In this document: piece by piece, positions 42,361 through 52,117 of the stretch | Layout: every line of letters begins with the position of its first letter | How positions within the stretch are numbered: the first letter of the stretch is position 1 | Source: Clostridiales bacterium | GTDB taxonomy: Bacteria > Bacillota > Clostridia > Christensenellales > CAG-314 | Length of the DNA stretch: 64,000 nucleotides | Direction of reading: 5' to 3' | Assembly: GCA_022508305.1 (NCBI GenBank) | Contig: JAFLVM010000003.1 | Span: forward strand, 39,111-103,110 | Notes under the pieces: model-generated | What the model was told of the DNA's origin: nothing | What the model saw: the letters and a program-made list of their open reading frames with translations, nothing else | Database searches by the model: none | Program-made: the position numbers and the translations under genes

Positions 42361-42925
42361 ATTATTTTATGCTCGATTAGGGGAAAAGTCAATCGTTTTT
42401 ACAAAAAAATAAGAAAAAAATTACAAATATCGACAAATTCCACTGAAAGTAACTTTGAGTTGGAAATAGAGCGGGTCAAAGCTTCAATATATTGTAGAAA
42501 TAGTGGTGTTTATTATATAAATAACAATAGGAAAAGCAATCCTTTTGTTTATCTATTTGCAAAGAAAAAAACAAGCAATTACAGGCGTATAGTGAATAAT
42601 TTTAGTAAGTTTTCATTTTTGCTTTTGCATCTTGATTGGTATAAAAAAAAGGTGTAAAATGTCGAATAGAAATGTGTGCGCAGAGCAAATCGACTGTGCA
42701 AAACTCTCAAATAAAATAGAGTAAAAAACCGTGGAACTGCCCATGGGCAGTTTTCGTTTTTCGTAAAAAACGAAAACACAGTGCTATTACAAGCGCGCAA
42801 AGAAACAAGCAAAAAAATGCTGTGGATAACTTTGTTGCAACCAACGACGCGAAATTGCGTATATTGATGTGGGTAATTAGGGGTTAAGCCCCCAAAATAT
42901 AATTAAAAATAAGGAGAAGTAAACT

Positions 42926-44647
42926 ATGACAAAGACAAAAAAGATTGTCGCCATGTTAGTAGTTGTAGCTTTGATGTTTTCATTAGTTGCTACAATTGCT
43001 GCATGCGCCACTCACACTTGTGAACACGTATGTGAAGTATGCCACAAGTGCCAAGACGCAGACTGTCAAGATTCAGTTTGCGCAGAGAAGTGCGAAGGTC
43101 ATCAACAAGGTGGCGGACACGTTTGCGGACACAAATGTGAAGTATGTGGCAAGTGCACAAGCGAATGTACAGACGCAGTTTGCGCAGAGAAGTGCGAAGG
43201 TCACCAACAAGGTGGCGAACACGTTTGCGGTCACAAATGTGAAGTGTGTGGCAAGTGCACAAGCGAATGTACAGACGCAGCTTGCGCAGAGAAGTGCGAA
43301 GGTCACCAACAAGGTGGCGATCACACTTGCGAACACGAATGTGAAGAATGTGGCAAGTGCACAAGCGAATGCGAAGACGCAGCTTGCGCAGAAAAGTGCC
43401 CCGGTCACGGTGGCGAAGAACCCGCAGAGTTCACAATCACCTTCGAAGTTGGTGACGACGGTTCATTTACTGATGCAGAATTCGCAGGCACAATGACAAC
43501 CGTTAACGGTAAGCTTGCAAGTCTGCCCGAAGTTACAACCAGCAGAGAACTCACAACTTTCTTGGGTTGGTTCACGGAAGCTACTGAAGGCGACCAAATC
43601 ACTCTTGAAACAGTGTTCACAACTGAAGATGATTCTACTGAAATCACAGTTTACGCTCAATATCACAAGGAATTCAGAATTACCCTTAACATCGACTCTT
43701 CTAAGGGCGCTCTTAAACCCGAAGATGCAGAAAAGACGGAATTCATCACAGTTAACGGTATGATTGACGGTTATCTACCCGAACCCACTTGTTCGGTTGC
43801 TCACTGGCACTTTGACAATTGGTACGATGGCGAAACAGGTATTGACGAAGAAGTAACCGTATTCACGAAGGATACCGAACTCGTTGCAGTTTTCGTACGC
43901 GACAACGGCGTATGGTCGGGCGAAGACGCAGACCTCTTTAGAATCGCTTTGGTTAAAAATTCAGGTGCTACCGGTGTTATTGCTGAATACTGGTTCGGTG
44001 GCGCAAGCACGAAGATCAGCGTAACGGAAGGCGAAAGACTTTCTCTTTATCTCAACGGCGTGCGAATTGCTCACTATGCAGGTGGCGCAGTGGGCGTTGA
44101 AGGAAACAAGAGCAGCAGTCAAAAGTCGGATTATGTAACCGTAACAGTAACAGGCGAACTTCAACTCTACCTAAAACTTTACTCTCATGCTACCGACCCC
44201 AACAACTATGTTTGCGAATGGTTGGGTGCTACCAAAGTAGAGACCGGCTCGGAAGTTCCCGAAGGTTGCGATCCAGTCACAATTACCTTCACTTATACTC
44301 CAGCCGGAGGAGAACCCGTAGTATCAGTAGTAACGATCTATCTCGTTGACAACACCGGCAAGGCAGTTGGCGAAGCTGATTTCTCGAAATTCTGCATTTA
44401 TACCTATAATGGCGAGGCTTTCGGTGCCTGGGGAACAAGTACTACTAAAGGTAAACTTCAATCACAAATGAGTGCTTCTGTAGATCTGCCTTCCGGATGG
44501 ATTTTCAGATGGGGTTCGAGTTATAGTCAACAGACGGCTAACATTGTAGACGTATTCAAGGCAGGAAAAACTTACCTTGTCAAACTTCCCTCTGCAACTC
44601 AAGGCACTGCCGAAGTTACAGAACTCACGTTGCCCGCTGAGGAATAA
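42926..44647 (+). CDS. Surface lipoprotein: Cys/His-rich tandem repeats, two InlB B-repeat-like domains, putative carbohydrate-binding C-terminal region
   Basis: Lipobox IAAC; four Cys/His repeats; FLGWFT and FDNWYD B-repeat cores; IYTY...FGAW...IFRW...QTANI resembles starch-binding modules (inference). Confidence 0.75.
   Translation: MTKTKKIVAMLVVVALMFSLVATIAACATHTCEHVCEVCHKCQDADCQDSVCAEKCEGHQQGGGHVCGHKCEVCGKCTSECTDAVCAEKCEGHQQGGEHVCGHKCEVCGKCTSECTDAACAEKCEGHQQGGDHTCEHECEECGKCTSECEDAACAEKCPGHGGEEPAEFTITFEVGDDGSFTDAEFAGTMTTVNGKLASLPEVTTSRELTTFLGWFTEATEGDQITLETVFTTEDDSTEITVYAQYHKEFRITLNIDSSKGALKPEDAEKTEFITVNGMIDGYLPEPTCSVAHWHFDNWYDGETGIDEEVTVFTKDTELVAVFVRDNGVWSGEDADLFRIALVKNSGATGVIAEYWFGGASTKISVTEGERLSLYLNGVRIAHYAGGAVGVEGNKSSSQKSDYVTVTVTGELQLYLKLYSHATDPNNYVCEWLGATKVETGSEVPEGCDPVTITFTYTPAGGEPVVSVVTIYLVDNTGKAVGEADFSKFCIYTYNGEAFGAWGTSTTKGKLQSQMSASVDLPSGWIFRWGSSYSQQTANIVDVFKAGKTYLVKLPSATQGTAEVTELTLPAEE
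43013..43408 (+). repeat. Four coding tandem repeats of about 102 bp (34-35 aa)
   Basis: Unit HxCxHxCExCxKCxxxCxDxxCAEKCxGH(QQGG); repeats 2 and 3 are nearly identical at the DNA level. Confidence 0.92.
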
Positions 44648-44781
44648 TTTCATAATCAAAGATTATTAATTGATTTGATATAATCTAAACCCAAAACCAA
44701 GGCCCTATCGCAAGGTAGGGCTTTTGTGGGTAAATAGGTTACGTCTAATAAACGACACGATTAATCTAACTTGGAGGTCTT

Positions 44782-47385
44782 ATGATAAAAAGAAGATTAC
44801 TTTCCCTCCTGCTGGCAGTGGCAATGATTTTCAGCTGCTGCGCGTTGTTGGTCGGCTGTATCAAGCCGGATGACGACGGCGACAAGGAATACACAGTTTC
44901 CTTTGACGTCGGTAGCGAGGCTAGATCGGCTGGCGTACGCAATCCCGAATCACAAAAGGTGAAAAATGGCGAAACTGCGGTACAACCGACTGTAGACGCA
45001 TGGGAAGGACACACTCTTGACGATTGGTACAACGGTACGGCGAAGTGGAACTTCAGCAATGACACCGTAACGAAGGACGTCACCCTTACCGCTCAATGGA
45101 GAGTAGCAGTCAGTTCCGACGTTGACAAGTACGAAGAAGAGTTGACATGGGGTGAACCCGGACACCTGTACGTTCACTATCTCAGAGGCGATCATTCCGC
45201 TGATGAATTGGGTATTACAAACAGCGCGGCTGCTCCCGGCTACTCAACGCAGATAAATTCAACGGTTTACGGCGATTGGGGAATTTGGGCGTGGGAATAC
45301 GTCCCCGTTAACGGCGAGGGTAGAGCGTTTTATCCCATGAAGATAGACGTTTCCGGCGCTGTGTACGACATTGACCTTACGGCTACGTACAACGACGCGG
45401 GTTGGGATTCCGCAACACGTAACAACAAAGGACTCAAAATAACTTACGCTACGACAACGCGTATCGGTCTTCAAATCTTTTCGCAAGACAGCCGCGTCAA
45501 CGGCGAAGGCTTCTGGGTAAATGACGGCGGCGACGTTTACGTCAGACTTAGCGAAGCAAAGCGTGAAAAGGGCGACTACCATTGGTTTGTCAGCCAAGGC
45601 TCGGTTGGTAGCGGTAGCCCTGTATTTACTTCTACCGAAGTCAACAACCCGTACGATGGAATTGAGCCCGGTTCGGCAGTGAGCGGCTACGACGTAGTGT
45701 CCAACAAGGGCAACAACGATTTGTACACACAACAGCCTGTTGCCGAAGGTTGGGAAGAAAACAGCGTAGGATATCAGATATTCATCGCATCATTTGCCGA
45801 CAGTGACGGCGACGGAATGGGCGATTTGCGCGGTATCATCGAAAACCTCGATTACCTCAAGAATCTCGGTGTTGACACGCTGTGGCTGACACCTTTCCAA
45901 AGCTCTAACTCCTACCACGGTTACGACATCATGGACTACTTCTCGGTAGACCCGAGATTCGGCACCTTGGAGGACTACAGAGAGTTGATTTACACGGCGC
46001 ACAAGAAGGGAATGAAGGTGTTGCTCGACTTCGTTCTCAACCACACGTCGCAATCCAACCCCTGGTTCGTCAAGTCGCAAAACCTCGTAAAGGAAACGAT
46101 AACGCTTCCCGACGGCACCAAGAAAGAAATTGATTACCGCAATTTCTACAACTGGCAAAACGAAGAATACGTAAGTAGTATCAAGGACCCCGTAGCAAAA
46201 GCGCAATGGTACAAGGATCCCAACGGATATTACTTCTACAGTAGCTTCAGCTCCTCAATGCCCGAACTCAACTTCGACTATCAGGCAACGAGAGACGCTA
46301 TTTTGGAAGTTGCGCTGTACTGGATGAGCTTTGGCTTGGACGGCTTCCGTCTGGATGCAGTAAAGCACATCTACATGGTTAACGAAAACGAAAACCATTC
46401 CGGCAAGCTCGTGTGGGACGGCGGTTACTCCTACGACGTGGACAAGAACGTTCACTTCTTCAGAGAGTTCAACGCTAAGCTCAAGGCAAGCTACCCCAGC
46501 GCGATACTGGTAGGCGAAAACTTCAACGGTAACCCCGCTAACCTTGCGCCTCTGTACGAAGGACTGGATTCGCAATTCAACTTCAACTGGTACTACGACA
46601 CGACTTGGAACCTCACCGAGCTTGCTAACGGTAGAGGTGGCGCAGCAAAGATATTGAATCAATACGAAGCGGCGCAATTCAGCTTCTCGATGTACCGCAA
46701 GGACTACATTGACGGCACGTTCGTATCCAACCACGACGTACAACGCGCCCGCGACAAGCTGTACAAAACCGACGTAGGTGTTCCACGCACGGCAGTAATA
46801 GGTGACGCTGACTGGACGCTTTCGGAAAATCTTGCAAAACTCTACGCAGGACTTAGCTTGACGGTTCCCGGTATCACTTGGATTTACAACGGTGACGAGC
46901 TTGGTATGTTCGGTACCAAGACGGCTAACGGTCCCGGCGAAGGCGCAGGTCACGAAGACAGATGGTACCGTCAACCGATGAAGTGGACGACGGAAAGAGA
47001 AGGTAGCCCGTACAACTGTTACTATCTGATGGGCTTCAACAACTACTACATGGGTTGGGATGCTCTCAATACGCAACTTTACGGCGTAGAAGAACAGCTC
47101 AAAGACCCCAACTCAATCTTGAATCTGTACAAAGACATTATTGCAATCCGCAGACAGTACTCGGCTCTTGCAAGAGGAACGGTAGTGTCTTACACGGAAA
47201 CAAGCGACGTCATTTGCTATTCCGTCAAGGACAGCGCGCACGAGATTCTCATCTACGTCAACGCTACTGCTAAGTCTCAAAAGGCAGATTACGCGCTTCC
47301 GACAGGAGCAACGTTGCTTTACGGCAGTGCAGTAAGCGGAAGCACGGTAGGCGCTATGTCCATTAGCATTTACTTGGTGAAATAG
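44782..47385 (+). CDS. Lipoprotein GH13 alpha-amylase with B-repeat and putative CBM
   Basis: Lipobox LVGC; DSDGDGMGD, YHGYD, DFVLNH, GFRLDAVKH, GE, NHD; VHYLR...WGIWAW CBM41-like segment. Confidence 0.9.
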   Translation: MIKRRLLSLLLAVAMIFSCCALLVGCIKPDDDGDKEYTVSFDVGSEARSAGVRNPESQKVKNGETAVQPTVDAWEGHTLDDWYNGTAKWNFSNDTVTKDVTLTAQWRVAVSSDVDKYEEELTWGEPGHLYVHYLRGDHSADELGITNSAAAPGYSTQINSTVYGDWGIWAWEYVPVNGEGRAFYPMKIDVSGAVYDIDLTATYNDAGWDSATRNNKGLKITYATTTRIGLQIFSQDSRVNGEGFWVNDGGDVYVRLSEAKREKGDYHWFVSQGSVGSGSPVFTSTEVNNPYDGIEPGSAVSGYDVVSNKGNNDLYTQQPVAEGWEENSVGYQIFIASFADSDGDGMGDLRGIIENLDYLKNLGVDTLWLTPFQSSNSYHGYDIMDYFSVDPRFGTLEDYRELIYTAHKKGMKVLLDFVLNHTSQSNPWFVKSQNLVKETITLPDGTKKEIDYRNFYNWQNEEYVSSIKDPVAKAQWYKDPNGYYFYSSFSSSMPELNFDYQATRDAILEVALYWMSFGLDGFRLDAVKHIYMVNENENHSGKLVWDGGYSYDVDKNVHFFREFNAKLKASYPSAILVGENFNGNPANLAPLYEGLDSQFNFNWYYDTTWNLTELANGRGGAAKILNQYEAAQFSFSMYRKDYIDGTFVSNHDVQRARDKLYKTDVGVPRTAVIGDADWTLSENLAKLYAGLSLTVPGITWIYNGDELGMFGTKTANGPGEGAGHEDRWYRQPMKWTTEREGSPYNCYYLMGFNNYYMGWDALNTQLYGVEEQLKDPNSILNLYKDIIAIRRQYSALARGTVVSYTETSDVICYSVKDSAHEILIYVNATAKSQKADYALPTGATLLYGSAVSGSTVGAMSISIYLVK

Positions 47386-47397
47386 GAGGAACGAACG

Positions 47398-48297
47398 ATG
47401 AAAAAGTTTTTATCTTTAGTATTGGCATGCCTTCTTATTTTAGGCAGTTCTTCCATAGCAATAGCTGCAACGTCAAACGGCGTTCAGCAAGCTGCTGAAA
47501 CGGAGCAAGCGCATTTGTATCTCGTTCCGGGCACCTACGTATCAGGCGGTGTAAAGGTTGAAAACACAATTTCAGGTTCGGGCGTAAAAAAGCTCAACGA
47601 AGAAGAGTGTGACGCAATCTTTACCGAAAACGCATACGAATGCACGCTTGCGGCAGGCGCAACGCTGCCCACTCCTACAAGCGCGCGTGTGGACAAGGAA
47701 GGAAATGCCTACGCGTTTAACGGCTGGTGGTCGATAGTTGACGCTACGGTTACATATTTCGACAAGGTTCCTGCGCTTAGCGGAGATATGTTCCTGTATG
47801 CCGATTGGCGCGCAGATTTGTCACAACGCAAAGATCCCGTAATTCCCGATCCCGACGTGGTGGTAGAACCTCATCACTACATGACAATCAAACACTTGTC
47901 GGGTGATACTGAAACTGTCGAGCTTGGCGTTACGGGTACGGACATGAAAAACGCCGAGGACCTTGGCTACGGCAAAGCAGTTCAACTGTACTATATCGGT
48001 CTGACGTTGCAACCCGGTGACGTGATTACCGTTTACACAACGGGATTGACGACAGGCAAAGAGGAAGCGGAGGCTGTTCCACTTCTCATTGACAGCTACC
48101 GTGAAATTCAGCTCGAGGCAAACGGAGCAGGCACTAACAACACGGCAAACTTCTTCGATGCATATTGCCCGTTGAGCAAACGCAATGGTAATCCCTACTT
48201 GACTTACACACCAAGCGCAAGCGGAACGTACAACCTCTACATCAAGTTCTACAGCGGCGGCAGCACGATGGCTGTTTATATGGAGCCGATGGCTTAG
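47398..48297 (+). CDS. Secreted hypothetical protein with a B-repeat-like domain
   Basis: Signal peptide; LPTP...FNGWW...LYADW. Confidence 0.7.
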   Translation: MKKFLSLVLACLLILGSSSIAIAATSNGVQQAAETEQAHLYLVPGTYVSGGVKVENTISGSGVKKLNEEECDAIFTENAYECTLAAGATLPTPTSARVDKEGNAYAFNGWWSIVDATVTYFDKVPALSGDMFLYADWRADLSQRKDPVIPDPDVVVEPHHYMTIKHLSGDTETVELGVTGTDMKNAEDLGYGKAVQLYYIGLTLQPGDVITVYTTGLTTGKEEAEAVPLLIDSYREIQLEANGAGTNNTANFFDAYCPLSKRNGNPYLTYTPSASGTYNLYIKFYSGGSTMAVYMEPMA

Positions 48298-48436
48298 TCA
48301 TAATTATTTCAACTTGAAAAGTTCGCTTCAACCTTCACCGATGCGGTGAAGGTTGTGGCGGGCTAATGCTTTTTTTTCACACAGTTGAAAAATCAAATTA
48401 AATTACGGAAATTTACACTTTTTAGGAGGTTTTTTA

Positions 48437-49714
48437 ATGAAAAAACTTATTATAACGATACTTGTCTGCGTAATGCTCGCAGCAGGTGTGTTGGGCGTAT
48501 TGGCTGCTTGCGGCGACGACACCATCAAACTTACCGTATGGGGCTCTGCCGCGCAACAAGCTACGTTTGAAGAAATGGTAGAAGCCTTCAAACAAGCAAA
48601 TCCCGACAAAAAATACGAAATCAAGGTAGCTATTGGCGAAGAAGACATGGCTTACAGCAACGTAAGTCAAGATTCTACCGCTGCCGCAGACGTGTACTGC
48701 TACGCCAGCGACCAACTTGTTCCTCTTTTGCGCTTGGGCGCGTTAGCAAGATTGGGCGGCGCTAATCTCACAGCGGTAAAAGAAAACAACAGCGCAGAAT
48801 CAGTTGAAGCAGGCTCTGTAGGCTTCGGAACGGCGGACGAAAAGGTTTACGGTTATCCGTACGCTGCCGACAACGGCTATTTCCTGTACTACGACAAATC
48901 GGTGTTGGACGAATCGGACGTGGCAACCCTTGAAGGTCTGATTTCCGCTTGCGAAACCGCAGGCAAAAAGATCGGTTGGGCAATTGACGTGCCCTACTAC
49001 ACGGCAGGTTTCTTCTTTACGTTCGGTTGCACTTACAGCGTAACCTACGACGACAAATTCGTTGAAACGGGCGTAAATATTGACTTCGACAACGCAAACG
49101 GCGTAAAGGCGTCCAAGGCTATTGCAAAACTCACGTCAAGTAGCGCTTTTGCGGGAAAAGGAACTAACAACAGTACTATCTTAACCGGATTTAGTGGTGC
49201 AAATAGACAACTGGCAGTTGCCGTTTCCGGCGCTTGGAATGCTAAAGCAATCAAGGAAGCGCTTGGTAGCGACTACGGCGTAGCAAAGCTTCCTACCGTT
49301 ACGGTAGACGGTGAAACCAAGCAAATGTACTCCTTCAAGGGTTACAAGCTTATGGGTGTAAATCCTCACTGTAAGTACCCTGCAGAAGCGCACGCCTTGG
49401 CAGCCTTCTTGACCAACGAAGAAAATCAAGCAACTCGCTACGAAAAGCACGCTGTAGGTCCTACAAATACAGCAGTTGCTAATTCGGACAGCGTTAAAAA
49501 TGACGTAACGCTTGCGGTTCTCAACGCGCAAAATGCTTTTGCAGTACCGCAAACCTCCGTTCCTTCCAACTTTTGGGAGCCGCTGAAGAACTACGGCTTG
49601 AATATTATGGACGGTATAGCGGTGGAGAACCCCGACCCCAATGATGACGAACAATTTTCTTATCAAGACCGTTTGGCGCTGATGGTGTCATTGATTAAGG
49701 GCACTATCAAATAA
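48437..49714 (+). CDS. Maltose/maltodextrin ABC transporter substrate-binding lipoprotein
   Basis: Lipobox LAAC, LTVW, YGYP, LYYDKS, GAWN, YGVAKLPT; locus context. Confidence 0.88.
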   Translation: MKKLIITILVCVMLAAGVLGVLAACGDDTIKLTVWGSAAQQATFEEMVEAFKQANPDKKYEIKVAIGEEDMAYSNVSQDSTAAADVYCYASDQLVPLLRLGALARLGGANLTAVKENNSAESVEAGSVGFGTADEKVYGYPYAADNGYFLYYDKSVLDESDVATLEGLISACETAGKKIGWAIDVPYYTAGFFFTFGCTYSVTYDDKFVETGVNIDFDNANGVKASKAIAKLTSSSAFAGKGTNNSTILTGFSGANRQLAVAVSGAWNAKAIKEALGSDYGVAKLPTVTVDGETKQMYSFKGYKLMGVNPHCKYPAEAHALAAFLTNEENQATRYEKHAVGPTNTAVANSDSVKNDVTLAVLNAQNAFAVPQTSVPSNFWEPLKNYGLNIMDGIAVENPDPNDDEQFSYQDRLALMVSLIKGTIK

Positions 49715-49731
49715 CAAATTGCGGAGATAAT

Positions 49732-51240
49732 ATGATAGATTTAGAATATCTCAAAATGTCGCCGATGCAAAAGCTTTGGTACAACGTCAAAGCATTTTTC
49801 ACGCGATTACCCGCCGCTTTCGGAAAATTCTTCAAGGCGATTCCCAAAAAACTTAAAAAGTTGTGGCTCGCCTTTACGGGAATTTTCATCACTATCGGCG
49901 CTGCGGCAAGGCACGGCGATTGGAAAACGCGTACGTCGTTTGGCGTGATGGGATTTGGACTAATTGCGCGCAAGCAATATCTGCGCGGAATTTTGTACCT
50001 CCTGTTTGAGGTGCTGTTCATTTTGTATATGATTTTCTTCGGTTGGAAATTCCTTGCAAAAATGGGCAGTTTGGGAGTTGGCGAATACACAGAGGTGTGG
50101 TCTGACGAACTTGGCGCGTACGTTTACGAATACCCCGACAACAGTCTGTTGATACTGCTGTTTTCACTGTTGACGATATTCATCATGATGGGTTTCGTCT
50201 ACGCTTGGTATCAAAACGTCAAGGGTAGCTATCTTTCGCAGCAGTTTGTAGAAGCGCGTATTGCATTACCTACTACTAAGGACGATATTCGCTCTTACGC
50301 AAACGAAAATTACCACAAGACGCTGTTGTCTATTCCCATGCTTGGGTTGGTGGTGTTTACCATTTTGCCCATCGTATTCATGGTGTTTATCGCATTTACC
50401 AACTACGACAAAGCGCACATGCCGCCAAAGGAATTGTTTACCTGGAATGGTGTAGATAACTTTGTAACGCTGCTGGGCGGCGGAATTTCCGCTAACAGCA
50501 AGGTGTTTGCTTACACATTTGGCGAAGTTTTAGTGTGGACGCTGGTTTGGGCTATTCTTGCAACCTTTACCAACTACGTACTGGGTATGGTCGTCGCTAT
50601 TTTGATAAACAAAAAGGGCGTAAAATGCAAAAAGCTGTGGCGTACGATTCTCGTCATGACCATTGCAATTCCGCAGTTCGTCTCGTTGATGTTTATGTCG
50701 CAGCTACTTGCCGACCAAGGACTTATTAACAATCTGTTGCTCAAATGGGGCTGGATTGACAGTCCCATACCCTTCCTTACGGACGGCACTATTGCAAAGG
50801 TGACAATAGTAGTAGTAAACATGTGGATTGGTATTCCGTATTCTATGCTTATATGCACAGGTATACTGATGAATATTCCCGAGGACTTGTACGAGTCGGC
50901 GCGCATTGACGGCGCAGGACCGGTTAAAGCGTACATGAAGATTACTTTGCCCTACATGCTGCACGTCACGACCCCCTATCTGATTACGCAGTTCATAGGC
51001 AATCTCAACAATTTCAACGTGATATTCTTGCTAACAGGCGGTAATCCCGGTTCATTGGATATGCAGTACGCAGGCAAAACCGATTTGTTGATAACTTGGC
51101 TGTACAAACTTACCGTCAGTGAAAGTCAATACGGCATTGCTTCGGTTATCGGTATATTTACGTTCATCATAGTTGCGGTACTTTCGTTAGTACTTTACAA
51201 CCGCTCCAAATCTGTCAAAAACGAGGAGGACTTCATGTGA
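49732..51240 (+). CDS. Sugar ABC permease (MalF/GanP-like)
   Basis: AFTNYD; LYESARIDGA EAA loop. Confidence 0.9.
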   Translation: MIDLEYLKMSPMQKLWYNVKAFFTRLPAAFGKFFKAIPKKLKKLWLAFTGIFITIGAAARHGDWKTRTSFGVMGFGLIARKQYLRGILYLLFEVLFILYMIFFGWKFLAKMGSLGVGEYTEVWSDELGAYVYEYPDNSLLILLFSLLTIFIMMGFVYAWYQNVKGSYLSQQFVEARIALPTTKDDIRSYANENYHKTLLSIPMLGLVVFTILPIVFMVFIAFTNYDKAHMPPKELFTWNGVDNFVTLLGGGISANSKVFAYTFGEVLVWTLVWAILATFTNYVLGMVVAILINKKGVKCKKLWRTILVMTIAIPQFVSLMFMSQLLADQGLINNLLLKWGWIDSPIPFLTDGTIAKVTIVVVNMWIGIPYSMLICTGILMNIPEDLYESARIDGAGPVKAYMKITLPYMLHVTTPYLITQFIGNLNNFNVIFLLTGGNPGSLDMQYAGKTDLLITWLYKLTVSESQYGIASVIGIFTFIIVAVLSLVLYNRSKSVKNEEDFM

Positions 51241-52103
51241 TGACTACGAAAAAGTACAAGAGCAAAAAGGCGGGGGAACGCATTTCGCTTGCCATTACGT
51301 ACGTAATTTTGATACTGATTTCATTGATATGGCTGATACCGTTTTTCATGCTCATCATTTTGTCCTTCCGTGGCGAACAGGTGGGTATGTCGGCGGACTA
51401 TCTCTTCCCAAAGCAATGGTCCTTTGACAACTATATCAAGCTGTTTACCGAAACCAAATTTTTGCGCTGGTACGGCAACACTATGCTCGTGTCGGTGGTC
51501 GTTACACTCATTCAGACGGTAATAGTGCTCGTGACAAGCTACGCATTGTCGAGATTGCGTTTCAAGCTGAGAAAGCCGCTTATGAACCTGATGCTCATCT
51601 TGGGTATGTTCCCAGGCTTCCTTTCCATGACGGCGGTGTATTTCGTGTTGAAGCAAATCAACCTTACGCAGAATCTGCTCGGATTGATACTCGTGTTTAC
51701 GGCAAGTTCTGCAATGCAGTACTACATCTGCAAGGGATTTTTTGACACTATACCAAAATCGTTGGACGAGGCGGCGCGGATTGACGGCGCAAGCAGGCAT
51801 ACGGTATTCGTAAAGATAATTCTCCCCCTTGCAAAACCGATAATAATCTACACGATTTTGACGGCGTTTATTGCTCCTTGGGGTGAATACATGTTCACGT
51901 CGTTCATTATGCTGGGCGATCCCGACAAGTTCACCGTTGCGGTGGGAATGAAGTCTTGGTTAGACAATCCCACGATGGCAAGCGAGTACTTTACGGTGTT
52001 CTGCGCGGCAGCAGTAGTCGTTTCTATTCCCATTACGGCGCTGTTCATCTGGTTACAGAGATACTACGTGGAAGGCATTACCGGCGGTTCGGTAAAGGGC
52101 TAA
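51237..52103 (+). CDS. Sugar ABC permease (MalG/GanQ-like)
   Basis: LDEAARIDGA; QRYYVEGITGGSVKG. Confidence 0.92.
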   Translation: MMTTKKYKSKKAGERISLAITYVILILISLIWLIPFFMLIILSFRGEQVGMSADYLFPKQWSFDNYIKLFTETKFLRWYGNTMLVSVVVTLIQTVIVLVTSYALSRLRFKLRKPLMNLMLILGMFPGFLSMTAVYFVLKQINLTQNLLGLILVFTASSAMQYYICKGFFDTIPKSLDEAARIDGASRHTVFVKIILPLAKPIIIYTILTAFIAPWGEYMFTSFIMLGDPDKFTVAVGMKSWLDNPTMASEYFTVFCAAAVVVSIPITALFIWLQRYYVEGITGGSVKG

Positions 52104-52117
52104 TAAAGAGGTACAAA

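Noticed and set aside
42670-42780. c-di-GMP riboswitch suggested by GCAAA...GCAAAAC
   Set aside because: Lacks the GNRA-capped P2 stem and a convincing P1/P3 pairing.
42821-42829. Replication origin
   Set aside because: Only a single DnaA box, with no dnaA/dnaN nearby.
43013-43408. CRISPR array or multiheme cytochrome
   Set aside because: The repeats are contiguous, in frame and have no unique spacers, and no cas genes are present. Only one CxxCH occurs; the others are CxxCG.
46255-47076. Long antisense ORFs (also 6545-7168, 19145-19774, 42987-43496 and others)
   Set aside because: They are shadow or alternative-frame ORFs of well-supported genes, with no RBS or recognisable motifs.
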